A stretch of 64,000 bases of DNA from positions 521,378-585,377 of the forward strand of contig RHPI01002069.1 of NCBI GenBank assembly GCA_009103225.1. The letters are read 5' to 3'. This document shows positions 1 through 9,969 of the stretch, in pieces (the first letter of the stretch is position 1; each line of letters begins with the position of its first letter). A model generated the notes under the pieces. That model did no database searches. It saw only the letters and a list, made by a program, of their open reading frames with translations, and was not told the origin of the DNA. The translations under genes were made by a program, and so were the position numbers. This DNA is from Chlorokybus atmophyticus. Taxonomy: Eukaryota; Plantae; Mesostigma and Chlorokybus algae.

Positions 1-185
1 TCAGTTTGAGGTTGCACCAGGTGTGTACAGACATAAACATAGTGTGTTGAACTCTGCTTCAACGTAGTATTGGCAGTGACAGGTGGTTGCTGCAGTGGTT
101 TTGATGCAATGCCATGAGTAACATAAGTAATATGTAAGCCTATCGCTATGTTGCATTCAGCATCTCCACGCGAAATGTGTGACAG

Positions 186-811
186 GGTAGAATGCAAGAG
201 CAACTCGCACCAAATTTACTGTTGAGCGAGTTGGTCGTGCAATTGCTCAGCTGCAGCACAGGCTACACGCGTCTTAATGAACGGCTATGAGGGAAGAGGG
301 GAAAGGCGGTCAATCTTAACAGTTGCATCACAAGTTTCAGACCAGGGCCCGCCCACAGTTGTTACCAGTGCGCAACTTGCTGCGCGTTCCGCATTGTCAG
401 CTGCAGCGCTACATGCAGGCGTTTCGGCAGTGCCTGTCAAAGGTGTTGTCCTTGGCCAGAACCGCACAGCAGCGGACTACATGCTTGAGCGCTGGAGAGA
501 CTCAACCGGTCGCCCCATTGTTTGGTCGCTTCGTGCAGTGTCTCAAGCTTCGTTAACAGAAGTACTCTGTAACCAACTGTTACGGAGCTAGTATGTGTGC
601 ATGCATTGTAGGCGCAGATTTTTCAAGCAGCAGCAAAGGCGGCGGACTCAGTGCGTACAGCACGCAGCATATGAACAGGACGTGGAAGCTGGTGAAGACG
701 CCTGTGGGCGACAACTTACCCAACAATACAAGGCTGGTGGAGGAGCATGTGGTTGAATGCACTAGTGCACACCGGAACTACCCTCGTATACTGGTGTTTC
801 TGGAAGTATAA
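186..811 (+). CDS. Probable 3' exons of an unidentified protein-coding gene entering from the left
   Basis: Open, protein-like stretch at 277-560 and AG/GT-bounded segments (acceptor tgtag at 607-611). No family recognised; the frame of the last exon is ambiguous. Confidence 0.25.
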
Positions 812-982
812 ACGTGAACACGTAGTGTATGCAGGCACAAACATATACATGCAACAACATGCATAGTTGCATAGGCTTGCTTGCTGGATACATTTCACAT
901 GTCCACACTAGACAATTCAAACGCACACAACCATTGCAAGGAAGGGCTGTGCAGGCTCGACAGCATACACTGATAAGTGGAT

Positions 983-1390
983 CTTACAGGGTGAGATGTT
1001 GATGGTATGTCCACCATCGTGAGTACAAGCGTTATTGCTGAGCAATTGGTGAAGCGCACAGGCAGCCATGTTTTCGGTCTCCGAGCAGTACAAGTAATGT
1101 GCAAGTTCAACAGTTCATCCTTGTATGTACGATGTCTACAACAAGTGAAGCAAGAGTTGGTATTTACTCAAGTGTTGGTGACGCTGATAAATGGAAACCT
1201 TACAGGGTGAGATGTTGGTGGTGTGTCCACCATCGTGAGTACAAGCATCATTGCTGACCAATTGGTGAAGCGCACAGGCTGCCATGTTGTTAGTCAGCAG
1301 TACAAACAAAAATGTGCAAGTTTGATTAACCTCGTCTGTATGATGTCTACAGCAAGTGAAGCAAGAATTAGGTATTTACACAAGTGTTGA
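983..1390. repeat. Diverged tandem duplication, two copies of a ~216-bp unit
   Basis: cttacagggtgagatgttg...gtccaccatcgtgagtacaagc...aattggtgaagcgcacagg...gatgtctaca...aagtgaagcaaga...ggtattta...caagtgttg occurs from 983 and again from 1199. Confidence 0.85.
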
Positions 1391-1663
1391 AGTACCAGGA
1401 GCATTATCTGATGGTTTTAAGTGCGGCTCTTGAACCATCGCAGAAACATAAACCACATGCACAGATGGAGCTGGTGCACAGATGTTGCGCACTTACAGAC
1501 AGACAACATGCCAAGTGGCAATTCAGTTAAGCTACAAGAGACAACAGGATGTATGCTTACACCATGTACAGTTTTACAGCATGCCAAACCAAGCTATTCT
1601 AATCTGCCGCACCTCTCTAACCCTGTTTACCTACCAGACAAAAAGCGTAAAACTTCCCCCAGT

Positions 1664-3325
1664 CTACGACAGCAGCTGCCCACCGGTGACACCCAGAATC
1701 TCGCCATTAATAAACCGACCCTCCTCGGATGCAAGGAACACATATGCAGGTGCCAACTCCTTGGGCTGCGCGGCCCTTCCCATTGGTGTCTGAGCGCCAA
1801 ACTTCTCAATCTGTACACACCCACTCCATTAATCACTGCCGCTATGAAGCATCCACCTGTTCGAACACTTTATAACATCGATAACAAGGTACCTTCTCAG
1901 CAGGGAAGCTGGCCTGGATGAGAGGAGTCCACACTGGGCCAGGAGCCACAACATTGACGCGGATGCCCTTCTCACCGATTAATGTCTTGGACAGACCCTT
2001 GGAGAAGGTCACAATGGCACCTTTGGTGGCGGCATAGTCCAAGATGCCAGGGCTCGGGTTGTATGCCTGTAGTAAACATAAGTTTCTATGCGCATTGTCA
2101 ACTACAATACAACGCCTTTCATTATGCGTGTTGGCCGAACCTGGATGGAGGCAGTGTTGATGATGGAAGCTCCCGGCTTCATGTGCGGCAAGGCCATGCG
2201 TGAAAGGGAAAACATCGGCACGACATTGGTCTGCGAGCAAGTGTCATGTCATGCTCCCTCATCCAAGCATAGCTGATCTTGAAAAGGTTGACAAGGGTGA
2301 CAACTCACCAGGAAGGTCTGTGCCACGCGTTCGTCGTCAATCTCTTCAAAGCTTTCGACGTACTTGCCTTGGGTGCTGGCGTTGTTGACAAGAATGTCAA
2401 TGCGCCCGAATTTGTCCACTGTAGACTTGATGAGGTTCTCGCGGTAAGACTTGTCCCTCAGATCACCGGCCACAAGCACAGCCTGCAGTAATCATATCTC
2501 AACGACCTGTTCTCTGATAGAACACCCATTGTTCGCTGCTTGTCATTCAAGCTAACTCACCTCTCTGCCAGCGTCCTTGACTATCTTTGCGGTCTTCTCA
2601 GCGTCCACCTGCTCATCCGGTCGGTAGCTGATAACCACATCAGCGCCCTCGCGAGAAAATGCGAGGCACACTGCGCGGCCAATACCGCTGTCTCCACCAG
2701 TGACAATCGCAACCTGTGTTGAAGGCAAGCGTTGAATGCTTACTACCGACCTTCAAACCATTGCATCTGCATGCATGCTGCAGAATATCAGCAAACCTTG
2801 TCCATCAGGCGGCCGTAACCCTTGTAGTCCTTCTCACCAAAGTCGGGCTCCATGTCCATCTCGGCCTCAATACCAGGCGCAGGCTGCAAATCATCAACAA
2901 CTCAGCTTTGGCCATGCACTGAACAGCATGGACACATGAATGCATGCGTGCACACATGCATGGTGTCGAGCACCAACGACCCAATGAAGTCCAGCCGTAC
3001 TAAGTGAAAGGTGGGAACCCACCTGCTCCTTCTTTGGGAGCTCGCCGGGCTTGGCGCCGGCGGGTGCCTCGCGTGGGTCAGCGGTGGCCATGGCGACGAC
3101 GGCGGAGCGGGAGAGGAGGCGGGGAGAGAAGGGGGCGGAGAAGCCTGGCGCAGGCGGCAGGCGGCAAGAGAAGGGGGATGAGGCTGTTACTGGAATTCTG
3201 CTAGTAGAAGAGAGAGCTTTCCTTGCTACTCTTACAGACAGCCGCCTTGCTGCTGCGGAGCTTACACAGGCGCTACCACGCACAAGTACTAGCGGCTGAC
3301 TCCCGGACACAGCAGCAGCAAGCAT
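1664..3325 (-). CDS. Short-chain dehydrogenase/reductase (glucose-and-ribitol dehydrogenase / YhdF-like) with an N-terminal transit-peptide-like extension; multi-exon
   Basis: Spliced exons give [26 protein letters not shown] (Rossmann TGxxxGxG), [17 protein letters not shown], catalytic DYAATKG (YxxxK), [15 protein letters not shown] and [13 protein letters not shown]. Ser/Arg/Ala-rich N-terminus. Confidence 0.92.
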
Positions 3326-4262
3326 GATTGCTGCAGATGAAGGCTGCTGGACTCTTATTGCTCTAAGCTTACTAGGAGCTATCTACCCAGACACGAATGC
3401 CTGCCTGGTGGCTGGCTTGCCCTGAGTCAGGACCGCTGAGTCTGCATTGTGGATCTCCCGCCACTGCTGACATGGCGGTGGCGAGTGGCGATGATTGACC
3501 GGAATCTCCCCCCCTGTCGCGTCGCGTCTGTGCGCGGATGACTGTACGGATGACCGGTGCGTGGAGCTGGGTTGTCGCCTAGCGATGGCGATGTTGTTGG
3601 CCGGTTGTTGGCCGGCAAGTACCGGGCGCTGCTGCTGGTGATGTGGCCCATGGCCGTGGATGACATGACAGACTGCGATCTGCGACACCAGTCAGCAGCT
3701 GGTATGCACACCTGCTTGTCCATGGCCTGCATAGGATCTTGTGCATGCATGCGGCACACTGATTAGAAAGGTTCAATTTGTTGTTAATCCTTGTCATGCT
3801 TACGCAATTTGTATACGCAATAGTTGGCGTGATGTGCAGCGTATGTAATGCTCTTCCCACTTAGCAGTTACTCGCGTACACTTTAACACGCATTGCTACA
3901 AGGGACGATAGCAATGTGCATAGCACGTATGCATGATAGGGTTCACCCCCACCCACCCCCACCCACCCCCCACCCCGCAAAGCTCTCCAATCTATAAGAC
4001 TACGTGTTATTTGTTTTATGTATGATGTACAAGAAGGCACCTGGGCATGCAGAGGGCATGAATCAACCGTTCAAAAAAGAAGTGATAATTTTTGCATGCA
4101 TGAAACTACGTTCCTCATGATAGAGCATACCTGATTACACGCTGACAATCATACATCATTATAAAAACGCATCATAACAATCAAGTCACAGTAGCAAAAG
4201 TTTCAATTATGAGTGGGACCGACAGCATTGTGCTGCGCTTTTGTGTTGTGCCACAACGCAAG

Positions 4263-4608
4263 TGTAAAGAGACTAGAGGGGGTGTGCCCCCTCCTCCCTT
4301 TAATCCCCTACCCCAACACCACCACCAGCCACGACGCCACCGCCGCCGCCGCCAGGGGAATCTGCCGGAGCAGAAGATCCCCTGGCTATGGCGGCCGCTG
4401 CGTTAGCAGCGCCGCCATACGGCTGATATCGACATGAGACTCATGTCTCATGTCGATATCAGTGTTACAATTAAGTAACACTATATTAGGGCCTTAACAC
4501 TAGGTTAACGGCCCTAATATGGCTTAATAGACTGTATAATCCCGTTGGGACCCTTATTTAATCCTAAATAAGGGCGGGGAACCTCTATGGAGGTAGCACA
4601 CCGTTACA
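4263..4608 (-). repeat. 3' LTR (346 bp)
   Basis: tgtaaagagactagaggg...gcacaccgttaca; identical to 10823-11168 except at 4484 and 4499. Confidence 0.98.
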
Positions 4609-4622
4609 TTCCCCCCCACTTA
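4609..4622 (-). other. Polypurine tract
   Basis: Minus strand reads ...AAGTGGGGGGGAA immediately before the 3' LTR start TGTAACGG. Confidence 0.85.
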
Positions 4623-4730
4623 GGTTTCAATGTCCTCATTGAAGGGTTAGCAAAGCCCCACCACGAGTAAAGAAACGAAAGTAGTGAGAGAACCATGGCC
4701 GAAACGGTAAAGATGTCTGCCAGCACCCTT

Positions 4731-4960
4731 TTACCGTTCGCGTGTGGACACCGTACTCCAGTACCCCCGAAGAATCTTTTGGCAGTTGGTAAGATTCCTT
4801 TCGGGCTCCCATGTATTGTGTTCAACACCATACCCTTTCCATTTCACCAAGTAAGACGGCGCGCGTCCGCGCCGAGGCTTACGATGACTTAGGACTGCTT
4901 CCACCTCATACTCGAAAGTATCGTCGCCATCCACTGCAACGGGGGGTGGAGGAGGTTGAA
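4731..4960 (-). CDS. Integrase C-terminal chromodomain, in the +1 frame relative to pol
   Basis: QPPPPPVAVDGDDTFEYEVEAVLSHRKPRRGRAPSYLVKWKGYGVEHNTWEPERNL is a typical chromovirus chromodomain. It starts in a different frame where pol reads KPYRRSG. Confidence 0.9.
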
Positions 4961-7900
4961 CCCGACCGACGATATGGTTTCATTACACTCACGTGAAACA
5001 CATTGTGAATGCGTATTGACTTTGGCAATTCCAAACGATACGCGTGAGTGCCGACCCGATCAATTACCTTGAAAGGGCCTATCCAGCGAGGGAAAAACTT
5101 GCGGGTACCCACTCCCTTAATGGATATGTTTTTGGTACTTAAAAGCACCGAACAGCCCACATCGTAGCTGGCCTCTCTACGATGCGCATCAGCATGGGCT
5201 TTTTGTCTGTCTTGCGCTGCGCGCAGACAGTCCTTTGCCAGCGCTAGCCTATCCTGCATGGCCGAAGCCATCTCGCGTGCTGCAGGTACGCGAGTTATGT
5301 CGGTAGCGGGCAACTTGATGTTCGCAGGACTTAGTGGATGCACTCCGTAGTTCAAGAAAAACGGAGTTTCCTGCACACTCTCTTGCCAAGCATTGTTAAT
5401 CGCAAACTCAGCCATTGGGAGATAGATATCCCAGTCAGACTGGTTTGGACTCACATAATGCCGAATGGTTTCCTCAATCACTTGATTGGCGCGCTCTGTC
5501 TGACCATCCGTTTGTGGATGATAAGCTGTGCTCATGTTCTGCTGAATATGTAAGAAGCTGCATAGCGACTTCCAGAACTGAGACACAAATCGCGGATCGC
5601 GATCAGACACAAAGTTGCGAGGCAAACCATGCAACTTAAACACAGAGGCGACAAAAACCATCGCTAACTCACGGGAGCCTATTTCCGTGCGGCAAGGGAC
5701 GATGTGAACCATTTTTGTTAAACGGTCCACAAAAACTGCAACCGCTGTGTGCCCAAATGCTGTCTCAGGGAGCTCAACAATCAGGTCCATACTCACACTT
5801 TCCCACTTGCCATCAGGAACAGGCAAAGGTCGCAGCAACCCAGCGGGTTTCTGACGTAACGGTTTGTCACGCTGACATTTGTCACACGTGTCAACATATT
5901 GCTTTACGTCAACAGGCAACGATGGCCACCAGTACAACTGTTGCGCTGCCTTAGTAGTCTTGCGACCCCCAAAGTGCCCAGCGTACGGTGGATCGTGTAC
6001 TTCAGCTATGCATTTCATGCGCAACCCAGCATGGTTAGGTATCACCAAGCAGGCGCCCATATAATACAAGTTGTCTCGTTTGTTAAGCTGTTGCACATTC
6101 CCTTGCATCGAGAACCATGGGTCCAAAATATACCCCTGTAAAACAGCTTGTACAAACTCATCATTAGGAGGCAATGTACCTTGCGTCGCAAGCAAGTGCG
6201 CACGCATAACTGCCAACAATGACGGACAGCGACTCAAAGGATCTGCCACATTGGTTTTGCCCGGCCGGTATACCCATTCAAAAGTAAACCGCGACAGAAA
6301 CTCATTCCAGCGAGCTTGCCTACGCGACAAGTTTAGCTGTGTTGAGAAGTACACCAATGGGTTGTGATCAGTCACTACTGTGAACTGAACTCCTTCCAAG
6401 TAGCATCGCCAAGTTTCAAGAGCATGCACTATACCCAGCAACTCTTGCTCAGTAGTAGTGTAATTCACCTCTGCTGGGATGAATTTTCTACTCTCATAAG
6501 CACATGGCCTGCTATCCTGTAGCAATACTGCACCACACCCTAGGGTGGAGGCATCGCTCACCACAGTGAAGCGCTTATCCCAATTTGGCAGTGCCAACAC
6601 TGGTGCTGAGGTTAAAGCCAGCTTCACTTGTTGCATAGCAGCTTCCTGTGCTGCTGTCCAAGAGAATGGGGCATCTTTTCGCAATAGTTTTGTTAAGGGC
6701 ATCACAGCCGTAGAGTACCCCATCATAAACTTGCGAAAATAGTTTGCCAACCCCAAGAATGATCGCAACTGATGGATATTCTTTGGTTGAGGCCAATCCT
6801 TTACCACTTGCACTTTGCGAGGGTCAGGTTTGACACCCGCACCACTCACAATATGCCCCAAGAATGGCAACTCTGTCTTGCCAAAGTCACACTTTGGCAA
6901 GTTGGCAAACAAGCGATGTGTTCGCAGTAAAGCAAACACCGCTTCCAGATGCTTTCTGTGCTCCTCTTTTGTTTTACTGAAGACAATGATGTCATCCAAG
7001 TAAACCATAACATGCTTGCCAAGCATGTTATCAAAGATCTTATTCATTTCCTTCTGAAACACCGCAGGTGCATTTGTCAATCCAAAAGGTAACACTTTGT
7101 ATTGATAATGACCTGAAGGTGTTCTGAATGCTGTCTTGTAAACATCAGAAGGGTGAATACGGATTTGATGGTAACCGCTTGTCAAGTCTAGCGTACTGAA
7201 GTACGCATTACCCGACAGTTTATCAAACACATCATCAATCCGTGGTAACGGGTATCGATTCTTTACCGTAATCTTGTTTAGAGCACGATAATCTACACAC
7301 ATGCGCAATTTCCCATTCTTTTTCATCACAAACAAGATGGGTGCGCCAAAGGGTGAAGAACTCGGTTCAATCAATCCCTTTTCCAATAACTCTTTGATTT
7401 GAGTTTCCATTTCCCCCCTCTCATTGGGGCTCAGCCTATATATTGGCCGAAATGGAGGCTCACTATCAGGAATCAGTGGTATGGTGTGTCCGACACCTCG
7501 ATCAGGGGGTAAGCCTGGCAACTCATCTGAGAATATGTCCTGATACTTTTCAATGATGTCTGCAACACCTGCCGTACTGCCTGGCACAAAGTCATCAGAT
7601 GACGTTAAGTGCACAAGGAAAGCCGGTGTGTTTTTACGCAACGCACGCTTCACCTGAAGTGCACTGAGAAGCGCAGGGTCTGTTTGCTTGTGTTCCAAGC
7701 TATGCGACCCTTTTACAGACAACGTTACACGCTTACGACCCTTTTTCACTGTGCACAACCGTGCACCAGTATCCAATGTCATTTTAACATTGTCCTGCCA
7801 TTCCTGTCCTAGTACCACATCAACACCCATTATGTTGATGGACACCACTATGAAGGTGAGATTGGCATGATAATTACCAATCTTTACCTTCATTTTGATT

Positions 7901-8493
7901 TCTCCTTTCACTGGTAACGTACCCCCAGCACCGGCAGCTGAAAATGCTGAGGGTTTACACGCTACTTTATTGCGCACAACCCATTGTTCCTCAATAAAAT
8001 TGTGCGTTGCACCAGTGTCAATCAAGAACGAACTGGTTATTCCCTGCATTGTGCCACTAAATGTCCACAACAGAGGCACAACCCGTCCTTGAAATGTAGC
8101 CAAGAGTCCGTGACTAATGCGAGGGTTGAGTAAAATTGCTGACAATCGCACTGTCCCTGTTTCACGCTTGCTAAATTGCTTTAACACAGTTCCCCCTCGA
8201 GTATGTTTCAACCATGGGCCATGATACTTAGGCACCATTACTACCACACTCAAAGTTCTGTGTTTACTTTGCAACTCAGTCAAAGTGTGCAACACATTGG
8301 TAAGCATGTTAAATTCCACATGTACCAACACACAAGCATTCTCTTCCACTTTTGCAACGTCAAAAAGTGGCAACTTGCTATGTGTTTGCCATGCGTGTGT
8401 CATTACATGCACTTGGGACAGCTCATCAAACCAGTTTGCTAATAACACAAGCAACTGGCCATCAACCACTTTTACATCAGTCACGACGTAATC
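4906..8493 (-). CDS. pol: Pol polyprotein: extra N-terminal domain, aspartic protease, reverse transcriptase, RNase H, integrase
   Basis: FLIDTGATHNFI (protease); LPFGLTNAP and YLDDII (RT); SDASTLG, TTEQELL, VVTDHNPL (RNase H); HDPPYAGH...CDKC, SMDLIV, SDRDPRF, TERANQVIE (integrase); WIGPF (GPY/F motif). Confidence 0.97.
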   Translation of the reverse strand, partial: DYVVTDVKVVDGQLLVLLANWFDELSQVHVMTHAWQTHSKLPLFDVAKVEENACVLVHVEFNMLTNVLHTLTELQSKHRTLSVVVMVPKYHGPWLKHTRGGTVLKQFSKRETGTVRLSAILLNPRISHGLLATFQGRVVPLLWTFSGTMQGITSSFLIDTGATHNFIEEQWVVRNKVACKPSAFSAAGAGGTLPVKGEIKMKVKIGNYHANLTFIVVSINIMGVDVVLGQEWQDNVKMTLDTGARLCTVKKGRKRVTLSVKGSHSLEHKQTDPALLSALQVKRALRKNTPAFLVHLTSSDDFVPGSTAGVADIIEKYQDIFSDELPGLPPDRGVGHTIPLIPDSEPPFRPIYRLSPNERGEMETQIKELLEKGLIEPSSSPFGAPILFVMKKNGKLRMCVDYRALNKITVKNRYPLPRIDDVFDKLSGNAYFSTLDLTSGYHQIRIHPSDVYKTAFRTPSGHYQYKVLPFGLTNAPAVFQKEMNKIFDNMLGKHVMVYLDDIIVFSKTKEEHRKHLEAVFALLRTHRLFANLPKCDFGKTELPFLGHIVSGAGVKPDPRKVQVVKDWPQPKNIHQLRSFLGLANYFRKFMMGYSTAVMPLTKLLRKDAPFSWTAAQEAAMQQVKLALTSAPVLALPNWDKRFTVVSDASTLGCGAVLLQDSRPCAYESRKFIPAEVNYTTTEQELLGIVHALETWRCYLEGVQFTVVTDHNPLVYFSTQLNLSRRQARWNEFLSRFTFEWVYRPGKTNVADPLSRCPSLLAVMRAHLLATQGTLPPNDEFVQAVLQGYILDPWFSMQGNVQQLNKRDNLYYMGACLVIPNHAGLRMKCIAEVHDPPYAGHFGGRKTTKAAQQLYWWPSLPVDVKQYVDTCDKCQRDKPLRQKPAGLLRPLPVPDGKWESVSMDLIVELPETAFGHTAVAVFVDRLTKMVHIVPCRTEIGSRELAMVFVASVFKLHGLPRNFVSDRDPRFVSQFWKSLCSFLHIQQNMSTAYHPQTDGQTERANQVIEETIRHYVSPNQSDWDIYLPMAEFAINNAWQESVQETPFFLNYGVHPLSPANIKLPATDITRVPAAREMASAMQDRLALAKDCLRAAQDRQKAHADAHRREASYDVGCSVLLSTKNISIKGVGTRKFFPRWIGPFKVIDRVGTHAYRLELPKSIRIHNVFHVSVMKPYRRSGSTSSTPRCSGWRRYFRV

Positions 8494-9969
8494 CTATTCA
8501 ACCTTCTTGGCCTTGCCCTTCCCCTTGGTTGGGCAGTTCTTTGCAATGTGGCCAGGCTGATGACAGACGTAACAGGTGCGAGCCGCAGCAGGCGTAGCAC
8601 CACCAGCAGGTGTGGCACTAGTAGAAGGACCATATGTCTTCGCCTTCTTTGCCAAGTGTGCACTCGGATGAGGGAAACGCTTCCCTCCCACCCCTGGCGG
8701 TTTGGCCGAAACTGCCACATGTGACTTGTCCTGCACCGCCGTGTCATCGTTGTATAGGTACACGCTCAGCTTCTGCAACTTGGCCAAGTCCTCGGGAACC
8801 CAAGGCAGTCCCGTTGCCGTGTTGTACTGCAGTTGATCACGCACACGCGCATCCAAGCCGCGCTTGTACAACTCAAACTGCTCGGCCTTGTCAATAGGCA
8901 TGAGGCCGCTGTTGGCACGACCCACCAATGCCTGGAATTCTTGCAGATAGGCTGAAGCCGCCCGACCATTCTGTCGCAACTTGCTGAGCTTGTTACGAGC
9001 CTGAGTAGCCGGGTCCATGCCACCATAGCGTTCCGTCAGGAACTGAAACAGTGCCTCCACTGTTTTGGTAGCACCGTCCTGTGTCTGCCTCGCCCACTCG
9101 GCGAGAGCGTCAGAAGGCATGAGCAACTCAGCAACAGCAATGTGTTCACCAACGGGGCGTCTCAATGCTGTTAAATAGTGCTCAACAGTTACCACCCAGT
9201 CGTGGATACTGACGCTGCCGTTGGGCTTGAACTTCTCAGGCTTATTCAGCGCTGTGACCGGCAGACCCGCTGATGCTCCAGCTGCTGAAGTAGCACCCGC
9301 CACCTGTTGGCGCAGCGCCACCAACTCAGCCTGCATAGCATCGAGGCGTGCCGTCAACTGCACTCGGCCAGTCAACTTGTCTTCCAAGTTAGGTCCCAAG
9401 TACCAGAACACGTCCTTGCAACGCTGTGAGGTTTCCACTCCCAAGTTGGCCAAAGCCTCAAACGCCATTCGCTTGCCTTGGTAAGGGGGAGGCTTATCGT
9501 AAACAGCCATCAGAGCAGCCACCTTCGGATCACCGCGCACGAGTGGCGGAACATATGTCGTCAGCTCGTGCTCGAGCATGCGGATCACCATCTCCTTGCT
9601 TGCGCGAGGAAGTGTGACAAAGTCCGTCTCATAGCCATCACAAACCTTCTGAGCCCATGCATCCCATGTTTCCTTGCCAAGCTGTGGGTTGGCATCAAGC
9701 AGAGCCTTGCGCTCCTGGGCATACTTCTCAATTGCCCCGCCAATGACACTCTGAGAGTCAACTGCAGGTGGTGCCATTTCAGCGTTTACTGCAACTGGTA
9801 CACTCTGAGCAGACTGGTCGGGAGAAGCATCGCTCTCTTGCTTGTCTCCCTCCTTCTCACTGACGGTCAGCTGATAGCTCTCACTCGTGTCAGAGTAATT
9901 CACTTCCTCTTCACTTGATGGCTCATATGATGTGGACTTCTCCACATCGTCCCCTCCTTGGTCAGACAT
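8494..9969 (-). CDS. gag: Gag with C-terminal CCHC zinc knuckle
   Basis: ORF from MSDQGGDD (ATG at 9969); KPEKFKPNGSVSIHDWVVTVEHYL capsid-like motif; CYVCHQPGHIAKNC knuckle; ends KGKAKKVE-TAG. Confidence 0.93.
   Translation of the reverse strand: MSDQGGDDVEKSTSYEPSSEEEVNYSDTSESYQLTVSEKEGDKQESDASPDQSAQSVPVAVNAEMAPPAVDSQSVIGGAIEKYAQERKALLDANPQLGKETWDAWAQKVCDGYETDFVTLPRASKEMVIRMLEHELTTYVPPLVRGDPKVAALMAVYDKPPPYQGKRMAFEALANLGVETSQRCKDVFWYLGPNLEDKLTGRVQLTARLDAMQAELVALRQQVAGATSAAGASAGLPVTALNKPEKFKPNGSVSIHDWVVTVEHYLTALRRPVGEHIAVAELLMPSDALAEWARQTQDGATKTVEALFQFLTERYGGMDPATQARNKLSKLRQNGRAASAYLQEFQALVGRANSGLMPIDKAEQFELYKRGLDARVRDQLQYNTATGLPWVPEDLAKLQKLSVYLYNDDTAVQDKSHVAVSAKPPGVGGKRFPHPSAHLAKKAKTYGPSTSATPAGGATPAAARTCYVCHQPGHIAKNCPTKGKGKAKKVE

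Noticed and set aside
3383-3860. Overlapping ORFs between SDR and the retrotransposon
   Set aside because: No recognisable motif, no convincing splice structure; GC-rich sequence is open in several frames.
4352-4594. LTR hairpin series as a CRISPR array or tRNA cluster
   Set aside because: The hairpins are unrelated in sequence, with no repeated unit or spacers, no cloverleaf or T-loop consensus, and they lie inside a eukaryotic LTR.
5338-8092. Many short + strand ORFs inside the retrotransposon
   Set aside because: Antisense shadows of pol, with no independent features.
8494-8496. UAG/UAA reassigned to Gln (as in some ulvophytes), which would explain the gag-pol stop and the TAA stops in the BTB gene
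   Set aside because: Intact host genes end in TAG or TAA exactly where their families end (SDR, MCM6, GLDP with TAG; RpiB, TRX-y with TAA), and I saw no internal TAR codons in their exons. The BTB gene also needs frameshifts.
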